NCBI RefSeq assembly: GCF_046119375.1
Contig: NW_027362769.1
Span: 370,140,001 to 370,204,000, forward strand
From: Phyllobates terribilis
Lineage: Eukaryota
Reading direction: 5' to 3'
Length of the DNA stretch: 64,000 nucleotides
A program made the translations under genes and the position numbers. The notes beneath the pieces were generated by a model. That model was not told where the DNA came from. It searched no databases and saw only the letters and a list, made by a program, of their open reading frames with translations. This document shows positions 24,578 through 35,100 of this stretch, piece by piece. Each line of letters begins with the position of its first letter. Position 1 is the first letter of the stretch.

Positions 24578-25276
24578 ATATCCATATCACTCTCCTTTTG
24601 CCAGGACATAAAAAAATGGTAACATTTTGGTATCGCCATGTGTGTAACTGTCCAAAATAATGAAATATCAGATTACTTCTCCCATACGGTGACTGCCAAA
24701 ATGGAAATGGCAGAATCGCTGTTATTTTTATCACTTCACCTCCCCCAAAAAAATGGAATAAAAAGAGATCAAAAGTTGTATGGACCTCGAGGTTGTAACA
24801 ATAAAAATTCCGGCACGTCCCACAATGAAACAAGTCCTGATAAAACAACCGACCGGAAAATAAAACATTAGAAAAGCTCATGGAAGGAGAGAAGGAAAAA
24901 TCTACAGCTTGAAGAGGCCTCAGTCACAGGCCCACAGAGATCTGGGGTTGAAAGGTCTACATACCCTTTAATGACCAATGTTAAGGGGTCCTTTTATTTT
25001 TTATAAAGGTATAGAATATGTTTTATGTATAGGTAACGTCTGTTTATATGGTTTATGTACAGGTACAAGGAAAAGCAAATTCCGGCACACACGTGTTGGT
25101 GGTTAATTCGTTTATTCCACAACTTCAAAAAAAAAAAAAAGCATTTCAGCCTGTCCAAGGCTTTTTTCAATTGAATAAACAAATTGACCACCAACACGTG
25201 AGTGCCGGGATTAACTTTTCCTATAACACTACTCTCCACGTGTGCCACCCCAGCTACAGGCTGTCTTTATGGTTTA

Positions 25277-28200
25277 CTAGATGGTGGCCCAATTCGAACG
25301 CATCGGGTATTCTAGAATAGGTATGCGGCCGACGGGGCGCAATTAGCAGAGCGGCGTATAAATTTGGCGCCCAAATCGCTAATTGGTCGCGTTAGGCAAC
25401 TGCGACCAATCAGCAAAGCGGTGTTTAAATTTGGCGGCAATATCGGTGATTGGACGCGGGCGGCGGCTGCGACCAATCTGCGAACCGTGTTAGTGAGGAA
25501 TGGAGAGCGTGTTTAAATTTGGAACCAAAATCGCTGATTAGTCGCGACCAATCAGCAAAGAGGTCTTTAAATTTGGCGACAATACTGCTGATTGGTCGCG
25601 GCCGGAGACCGCGACCAATCAGCAGAGCGATGCAGAGCGGGGTTTAAATTTGGCGGCACAATTCCTGATTGGTCGCCGGCCGCGACCAATCAGCAGAGCG
25701 GTGTTTAAATTTGGCGCCAAAATCGCTGACTAGTCGCGGCTGACGGCCGCGACCAATCAGCAGAGCGTTGTTTAAAGTTTGCGCCAATACTGCTGATTGA
25801 TCTCGGCCAGCAACCGCGATCAATCAGCAGAGCGTTGTTTAAATTTGGCGCCAATCTCGCTGATTGGTCGCGGACGCCAGACGCGTCCAATCAGCAGAGC
25901 GTTGTTTAAATTTGGCGCCAAGCTCGCTGATTGGTCGCGGCTGGCGTCCGCGACCAATTAGCACAGCAGTGTTTAAATGTGGCGGCAAGATCGATGATTG
26001 GTCGCGGCCGCTATTTATATGTGGCGCCCAAATCGGTGATTGGCTGCGACCAATCACCGATCTTGGCTCCACATTTAAACACTGCTGTGCTGATTGGTCG
26101 CCGACGCTGGGCGCGACCAATCACCGATTTTGGCGCCACATTTAAATAGCGTCCGCGACCAATCAGTACAGCAGTGTTTAAATGTGGAGCCAAGATCGGT
26201 GATTGGTCGCGGCCGATATTTAAATTTGGCGGCCAAATCGGTGATTGGTCACGGGCTGCGTCCGCGACCAATCAGCAGAGCGGTGTTTAACTTTAGCGCC
26301 AAGATCACTGATTGGTCGCGTGCGGAGAGCGCGACCAATCAGCGAATCGTATTGGTGAGGAGCGGGGAGCGGAATCGTATTAGTGAGGACCGGGGAGCGC
26401 CGCTGCCTGTGCGGCTACTTCCGCTGCGAGAACCCGGGACATGAGCGACTGCTCGCAGCAGAAGTATCCCGACCCGCAGCGCCGCTCCCCGGTCTTCCCT
26501 TCACACCCTAGCCGCTGATCTCCCCACAGTATCTGCATGGTGTTACAAAGGTCCGGACATTTGTGTTAAAAATCGTTGATTGGTCGCTGGCGCTGCCCGC
26601 GACCAATCACCGATTTGGGCGCCAAATTTAAATATCAGCCGCGACCAATCACCGATCTTGGCTCCACATTTAAACACCGCTGTGCTGATTGGTCGCCGAC
26701 GCTGGGCGCGACCAATCACCGATTTTGGCGCCACATTTAAATAGCGTCCGCGACCAATCAGTACAGCGGTGTTTAAATGTGGAGCCAAGATCGGTGATTG
26801 GTCGCGGCCGATATTTAAATTTGGCGCCCAAATCGGTGATTAGTCGCGGGCAGCGCCAGCGACCTATCAGTGATTTTTAACACAAATGTCCGGACCTTTG
26901 TAACACCATGCTGATACTGTGGGGACATCAGCGGCTGGGGTGTGAAGGGAGGACCGGGGAGCAGCGCTGCGGGTCGGGATAGTTCTGCTGCGAGCGCCCG
27001 CTCATGTCCCTGGTTCTCGCAGCGGAAGTATCTGCACAGGCAGCGCCGCTCCCCGGTCCTCCCTTCACACCCTAGCCGCTGATGTCCCCACAGTATCCGC
27101 ATGGTGTTACAAAGGTCCGGACATGTGTTTAAAATCGCTGATTGGTCGCTGGCGCTGCCCGCGACCAATCACCGATTTGGGCGCCAAATTTAAATATCGG
27201 ACGCGACCAATCACCGATCTTGGCTCCAGATTTAAACACCGCTGTGCTGATTGGTCGCGGCCGATATTTAAATTTGGCGCCCAAAACGGTGATTGGTCGT
27301 GGGCAGCGCCAGCGACCAATCAGCGATTTTTAACACAAATGTCCGGATCTTTGTAACACCATGCGGATACTGTGGGGACATCAGCGGCTAGGGTGTGAAG
27401 GGAGGGCCGGGGAGCGGCGCTGCGGGTCGGGATACTTCTGCTGCGAGCAGTCGCTCATCTCCAGGCTTCTCTCAGTGGAAGTATCCGCACAGGCAGCGGC
27501 GCTCCCCGGTCCTCACTAACACGATTCCGCTCCCCACTCCTCACCAATACGATTCGCTGATTGGTCGCGCTCTCCGCACGCGACCAATCAGTGATCTTGG
27601 CGCTAAAGTTAAACACCGCTCTGCTGATTGGTCACGGCCGCTGCCCGCGACCAATCACCGATTTGGGCGCTACATTTAAATAGCGGCCGCAACCAATCAG
27701 CACAGCGGTGTTTAAATGTGGAGCCAAGATCGGTGATTGGTCGCAGCCGATATTTAAATTTGGCGCCCAAATCGGTGATTGGTCGCGGGCACCGCCAGCG
27801 ACCAATCAGCGATTTTTAACACAAATGTCCGGATCTTTGTAACACCATGCAGATACTGTGGGGACATCAGCGGCTAGGGTGTGAAGGGAGGACCGGGGAG
27901 CGGCGCTGCGGGTCGGGATACTTCTGCTGCGAGCGCCCGCTAATGTCCCGGGTTGTCGCAGCGGAAGTGCCCGCACAGGCAGCGCCGCTGACATCCATGT
28001 GACATCTTGGCCCGCGACCAATCACTGATCTTGCGGCTAAAGTTAACCACTACTGTGCTGATTGGTCGCGGCCGATATTTAAATTTGGCGCCCAAATCGG
28101 TGATTGGTCGCGGGCAGCGTCCGCGACCAATCAGCACAGCGGTATTTAACTTTTGCGCTAAGATCAGTGATTGGTTGGGTCCGAAGACCGCGACCAATCA

Positions 28201-28663
28201 TCGAATCGTCTTGGTGAGGACCGGGGAGCGGCGCTGCCTGTGCGGCTACTTCCGCTGCGAGAACCCGGGACATGAGCGGGCGCTCGCAGCAGAAGAATCC
28301 CGACCCGCAGCGCCGGTCCTCCCTTCCGCATGGAGGTCAGCGACGCCGGCGGTCCTTCCGCTGCTACCGGCCGGGACATGAGCGCCTCGCGCCGCTCATC
28401 TCCCGGCTGCATCTCCGTCCCGCAGATGGGTCCGGCGGTCGGGGTCCTTCTGCTGGTACCGGCCAGGAGATGAGCGCCTCGCGGCGCTCATCTCCCGGCT
28501 GCATCGCCGCTGACCTCCGTCCCGCAGATGAGCCGCTAACGGCCGCCATCTTTTTTCTGAAATCCCGCGGCACTGATTGGCCGCTGCCGGACCAATGAGC
28601 CAAGTGGGATTTCCTGGACAGATAGACAGACAGACAGACGGGCTAAGACAATTATATAGTAGA
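25277..28663 (-). mobile_element. Non-autonomous Helitron (3.4 kb) with an internal palindromic CCAAT/E2F-CHR array
   Basis: Minus strand starts TCTACTATATAA (28663 down) followed by a (GTCT)n tract. It ends with an imperfect hairpin (25288-25307) 7 nt before CTAG (25277-25280). It sits between A and T with no TSD. No RepHel coding sequence. Confidence 0.8.
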
Positions 28664-28769
28664 TGTACAGTCTTTAAATGTTTTATTTGCCAGTGGTTTG
28701 GTCACTGCCCACAATACAAGGCTCTAGTCTCTGGTGAGGACATTTGGAGCTCTGCATTTGCTGTGAGCT

Positions 28770-28940
28770 GAGAGAACGCGGCCGCCATTTTGTCGGAGAC
28801 TCATTAGTCCAGGCGCCAGTTTCCAGTTTGAATCCGTCGTCATGGGAACAGCCGAGCGCTCGCGCAGGTCGCCTTTGCGCGGTGACGTCATGTGGAGTGT
28901 AACTTCCGGGTCCCTTAACGTACGAATGGCCAGAGGTAGG
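28770..28940 (+). promoter_or_regulatory. SLX4 CpG-island promoter and probable first exon (donor at 28936)
   Basis: YY1-type CCGCCATTTT at 28782, CRE TGACGTCA at 28883, ETS ACTTCCGG at 28902; CAGAG|GTAGGT donor; CpG-rich. Confidence 0.6.
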
Positions 28941-30348
28941 TGAGATTCTGTGGGGGAAACACAATGACGTGAACCGGCGGCTGCACGGGACAATGACGGA
29001 CACGGCCGAGTCCTATCTAGGCAGCTGGTGGTAGCGGAGAGAGATCTCCCAGCATTCCCTTACACCCTTAGCTTGCTGATGTAGAACTACAAGTCCCAGC
29101 CAGGCAGTCTGCTGTATCGGATAGTCTGGTCTGATCTCAATCTGGAATCCATTAGTCTTCCTGGCTTTTTATACAGAGCTGTATATGATGCTTAAAGGGG
29201 TTGTCCATTTTTGATTTTTGGGGCCAATATATATATATATTTTTTTAACTTATTTCCTGTATTTGGGACTAAAAATGATTTTTGCCTTTTGGGTTTTATT
29301 AGAAACTTTGCACCATTTGGCTTTTCCAGGCCTTTTTTTCCTGCACTTTCAACTTTGCTGCGGTCATAAACCTCAGAAAAAGCCAGATAAAGCAGTCACT
29401 GACTCTCCTCGGACCCTCACAGTGGGGCTCACTGACAGATTCCCAGTTGCCTCCTTCTGCAGCAAAAGACAGTGCAACACGGAGGCCGTAGGAGGCAAAC
29501 GGTGCAAGATTTTTAATGAAACCCAAGTGCAGAAATGATTTTTATCCAGAAATACCTGCATTAAAGTAAGAAATAAATAGTTATTATCCCAAAGGGGTTG
29601 TGTGGGGATAAAGCAAATGTCCCGATCTATGCATCGACTTACTGGTGTGAAGCTGCCGTCACATAAGTGCAGGGTAGATGTCCCTTTAATGATCTTGAAC
29701 TACAAGACCTCGGGTTGATAAAGTCTCACCTCCAGCCCGTCCGAACCAGCATCATCATCAGAGACATTGGACCTGATTCATTATTGCATTTGTGCCTTTT
29801 TTGTCTATTTTTTAGCCTATTTTTAATTTCCGCCTTATTCTTCTCTTAATTTGCGCCTTTTTTAAATGCTGCATTATAGGGACACAATGAGACTTGAGTG
29901 GAAATGTTTCCCCGTCCCTTTATCAGAGCAGTCCAATAATCTGGTGCCCATTCTCAGGAAGTGTTCAGTTTCTGTGCAGCGCCCCTGCAGGAAGAATGAA
30001 GCATTAATTCACTGATTGAGGACCTCAAGACTCCCAAGAAGTCAAATCCACTATACTAGTAAATTCACTGACTGAAGTGGACTAACTATGTTAAAAATCT
30101 ACCTATATTTTAATTTATTAAAAATATATATTTCCATATCCCCCGTGTTTTTTGCAGTCTATCCGTCATGGTCCTTTTGTTTTACGTTCAGATCATATTG
30201 TATTCGTATTAGATCAGGGTTCTTGTCTTCTTTTCTGAACGAATCTGGTGCAGGGAATTCAGAAAACAAGAACCCTGATCTAATACAAATACTGCAGTAA
30301 TAAAATAGGGGCGATCGATTATTCACCTGATGTGTAGCAGTAGCTTAA

Positions 30349-30703
30349 AGGGGTATTCCCATCTCCAAGATCCTATCCCAATATGTAGTAGGTATAAAAA
30401 TATTAGCAAATACCTCCAATTAGAAATGTAGTATAGTTCTTCTGATTCGCTATGTCTCTTTTCTCATGTGCAGGCATTGCAGGACCTTAGATATAGCCAT
30501 AGTTACGACCACTGATATAGTGACAGCTAGTTGCTAGTGGTCGTAACTCTGGATACCTAAGGTCCTGCAATGCCCTACATTTGCGGGAAGAGGCATAGCG
30601 AATCAGAAAAACTATACTACATTTCTAATTGGAGGTATTTGCTAATATTAATATTACACCAACTACACTTTGGAATAAGATCTTGGAGATGGGGATACCA
30701 CTT
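30349..30703. mobile_element. TTAA-flanked palindromic MITE (second copy at 49979-50324)
   Basis: AGGGGTATTCCCATCTCCAAGATC...GATCTTGGAGATGGGGATACC; whole element is a foldback. Confidence 0.75.
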
Positions 30704-31832
30704 TTAATTTCTATATGGACAGCATTTAAAGGGATCCTGTCACCAGTTTTGACATATATGAACTCTAACTATGACTTTATTCAGCGCCTCTGCTGCACTC
30801 CATAAATGCTTATATAACCCATGAAATTGAACAATGCCTGAGCATCTCAAGGGCCGACCAAAGTGTAAAGGTATGTGCTCATGATGCAGAAAATTTCTGC
30901 AGCGTTTCTGCAAGTTCTTGGCAGTCAAAAACGCTTGCGGTTTTTGCAGCGTTTTTACATGCGGGTTTGACTTGCGTTTTTTAAGCGCATTGGGACCTCA
31001 AATCTGCATGCAGAAATGCACAAATAATGGACATGCTGTGGATTTTTCCGCAAGGAAAATTCCGAAGCATGGGCACAGAACATGCAGATTTTCATTGGGG
31101 ATCATGGGGCACGGATTACCAAGCGTTTTGCAAGCGTTTACGCGGTGGAAAATCCGCATCAAAAACACTTGAAAAACGCAGAGTGGGCACACAGCCTTAA
31201 AGTAAACAGTGTCCTACAAACTCAATGCTCCGCCAATGTCTTAGGTAAACTATTCCCGACCAATTCACCTCCCCCCATTTGTAATGTGTATTTTTTCATG
31301 AACGTGGTGGAAGCAAAGCTTAACTTTCAGATTCTGAAAAACCCAACAAAAGCAGCTTCTTTACTGCCAAGACATCAGGTTTTGCCTGCAGAAAAAAAGG
31401 CAACGTGTGAACATAGCCTAAGAATTTTAGTGCTCGCTATAATGTTAAACTGAAGGCAAAATGCAATAGAAAGTTATTGTTTATATTATAGGCAGAGAAA
31501 AGTAGGGGTGAACAAATTCTCCTAATGATGATACATTGGGAATAAATGCACGAATGTCATGAGGAGAGTGCTGGTATCATGATATCTGTGGTGTACAAAG
31601 TGCTGCCTGAAGAGTGATAAATACAACACATCACAACTGACACAAAGAAGAGTAGTATACACAGTGTTCTTTTCATTGTATTATGTTAGTATGGGTTTTG
31701 TAATCAGACAACTGCTTTAATGACTTTTCTCACCATTTTTCCAGCTGCGGATATTATGATGGAGAGGTGAGATGTTACGCCTACCTCCCCTCCCCCGCTG
31801 ATTTAACCATCGCTCCAGAGACGACGTCACTA

Positions 31833-32109
31833 ATGGTCGAGTCGGATGATGAATTCGCTGAACTCTGCTCCAAACTCTTGAAACGGGTTAGGAAGAATAA
31901 CAACCCCATAGAAAGTCAGAATGTCCCCAAAGCCAGCACTACGGCACGGGGGAAAGTCAAGAGGACCAAACCGCCTGCGAGCAAGAAGCAGAAAAAAGAT
32001 GGGGGCAGCAGAGAGGCCGAAGTGGGTGTCATATCGGGACCTGACGGAGACCGACCAGAGCAGAGGAATCGGACGGCGTGGAGCCACCTTACTAATGGCC
32101 TCCAGGACG
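31833..32109 (+). CDS. SLX4: SLX4 coding exon 1 (5' boundary uncertain)
   Basis: MVESDDEFAELC...; GTAATA donor, phase 1. Candidate acceptors end at 31744 or 31818. Confidence 0.8.
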
Positions 32110-35100
32110 GTAATAAGAGGCGTCGTATTATGTGCATTTATTTCTGCTCACTGCAAGGACCGCCACAAATCAGATCATAATTATTTCAATAGTAACTGAG
32201 CTGCAGTACCTAGAAGCGGCCATTATGCAGTATCCAGCTCTGTGGTGGTCCAGCCTCTAGGTATCTGCCGGGTGTCAGACCCTGACCAATACCTGTCCTA
32301 AAGATAAGTCATCTTGGACAGCCCCTGTAACCACAGCTGTAAATTCCATTTTAGCAGATGGTGGCCAAGGAGAAGACCCCAGACCCCTCGACCATGTGAA
32401 TGTAAGAGATCTTGTCTTGGAACGGATGCAACAGTTCAAGAGGACGGTCCCCAGCCGACTGAAGTTGGACTCCGCAGAGATGAGTGAAGCCCCCAGTGAG
32501 ATCGCAGCATCATTATCATGTGCGTCTTTCTCCGTCTCCCATCTCTTCATCATTTACAGTGCTAGAATCCTAGAATGTTAGAGTTGGAAGGGACCTCCTG
32601 GGTCATCGTGTCCAACCCCCTGCTCAATGCAGGATTCACTAAACCATCTCAGACAGATATCTGTCCAGCCTCTGATTGAAGACGTCCATTGAAGGGGAAC
32701 TCACCACCTCTCTTGGCCGCCTGTTCCACTCATTGATCCCCCTCACTGGCAAAAAGTTTTTTCTAATATCTAATCTGTATCTTCTCTCTTTCAGTTTCAT
32801 CCTATTGCTTCTTTTGTTTCCATGTGCAAATGAGAATAAGGATGATCCCTCTACACTGTGACACCCCTTCAGATATTTGTAGACAGCTGTTAAGTCTCCT
32901 CTTAGCCTTCTTTTTTGCAAGCTAAATATTCCCAAATCCTCTAACCGTTCCTCGTAGGACATAGTTTGCAGTCCGCTCATCATTCTGGTCACTCTTCTCT
33001 GAACTTGCTCCAGTTTGTCTATGTCTTTTTTAAGATGTGGTGCCCAGAAGTGGACACAGTATTCCAGATGTAGTCTGACCAAGGAGGAGTAGAGGGGGCT
33101 AATTACTTCACGTGATATAGACTCTATGCTTCTCTTACTACATCCCAGAATTGTTTGCCTTTTTTGCTGCTGCATCATACTGTTGACTCATGTGCAGTCT
33201 GTGATCTATTAGTATACCCAAGTCTTTTTCACACGTGCTGTTGCTTAGTTCTATTCCTCCCATTCTGTAGATGTAATTTTAGTTTTTCTTGCCCAGATGT
33301 AGAATCTTGCATTTCTCCCTGTTAAATACCATTCTACTAGTCACTGCCTATTGTTCAATCTTATCTAGATCCTTCTGAATCCTTTCTCTGTCTTCTCTAG
33401 TGTTAGCTATCCCTCCTAACTTTGCATCGTCTGCAAATTTGATTAGTTTACCTTCAGTTGCCTTATCTAGATCATTTGTAAAAGTGTTGAACACTAGGGC
33501 CAGGACAGAGCCTTGTGGTACACCACTTGAAACACTCTTCCAATTGGATGGTCAACCATTTATTACCACTCTTTGAGTATGATCACTGAGTCAGTTATGA
33601 ATCCACCTAACTGTAGCCTTGTCAATCCCATATTTGGTCATTTTTTCAATAAGGATAGTATGAGATACTTTATCAAATGTTTTGCTGAAGTCGAGCTATA
33701 CTATATCTACTGTATTTCCCTGATGCACCAAGTCAGTGATTCCATCATAGAAGGAAATTAGATTAGTCTGGCATGACTTGTTTGATACAAACCCATGCTG
33801 GCTCTGGTTAATTACTGTATTCTTATCCTTCCTTCTCTCTCACTCTTTTAATGTGTCCTTCTTGTAGTCGGACCTCCTATGGCAGGACCGAGCGTGCAGA
33901 ACGGTGGAGCCCTGGTGATGCCTCCTTCGGTAGGACTAAGCGTGCAGAGTGATGGAGCTCTGGCCCTGGCGATGCCTCCTACAGCAGGACCGAGCGTTCA
34001 GAATGGTGGAGCCCTGGCGATGCCCCCTACGGCAGGACCGAGCATGCAGAGTAATGGAGCCCTGGCGATGCCTCCTACGGCAGGACTGAGCATGCAGAGC
34101 GATGGAGCTCTGGCCCTGGCGATGTCTCCTACAGCAGGACCGAGCCCGCAGAGCGGTGGAGCCCAGGCGATGCCTCCTACAGCAGGACCGAGCCCGCAGA
34201 GCGGTGGAGCCCAGGCGATGCCTCCTACAGCAGGACCGAGCGTGCAGAACGGTGGCCCTCTGAAGATGCCTCCTACAGCAGGACCGAGCGTGCACAGCGA
34301 TGGAGCTCTGGTGATGCTAATGGATGTCAAAGAGAAGCCACCTAGCTTGGAAGACCAAGGACTCTTTTTTTGCCAGTTGTGCCAAAAAGACTTGACTGCC
34401 ATGACCGGTGCCCTGAGGGAGCAGCATGTGAACAGGTAAGGGGGACATTTGCCCAAGTCGCGCTCCATGGCTCACGTCTGGATACGTCTACATTGGTTCC
34501 TCCATCTCTTCAGGTGCTTGGACCAGGTGGAGAGTTTAGGAGGAAACGCCATCACCCCTTCGGTTCCTAGTTGTCCTTTGTGCGGGAAACCTTTTAGCAC
34601 AGAGAAGAGCCGGGCGTCTCACCTAAAACGCTGCGCTGCAAAACTGGATGTTCCTGCTCAGACCTTGCTGCAGGCAGTTCAGAGACAGGCGGCTGAGGCG
34701 GGATCGGAGGTGCCACCGCAGTAAGATTCAGACTCTTTTATCTCACAGTAAAAAGTTGCACACATTCTAGATAGACCTGATGAGGCCGGTGTACTTACCT
34801 TGAAAATCCGTGTCCAGAATGGCCGTATAATCCTGACAGTAAAAGGAGCATCTTACATGGACTCTCAATTGCGCATCTTAATATCAGGATGATACAGCCA
34901 ATCTGATCAGATATTTTCAAGGTAAGTACACTGGCCTCATCAAGGACTAAGAAATCAATTTAATACTATATGCAGTTTTGTATTGTGAAATCTGGTGCCG
35001 GTTATTTAAAGTTCCCATGCTTCATCTCTCCAGGGTGGTCAGCGGGAAGAGAAGAGGGGTGACAAAACAGAAAGAACCCTCCAAGAAAAGGAAGATGGGC

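Noticed and set aside
25450-28603. Repetitive ORFs (DQSPILAP.. / VIGRG..)
   Set aside because: By-products of the palindromic Helitron array; no RepHel or other coding motif.
31745-31766. 22-nt SLX4 micro-exon (good acceptor, GAG|GTGAGA donor)
   Set aside because: It would need a 52-nt downstream intron, shorter than usual for vertebrates. Kept only as an alternative acceptor.
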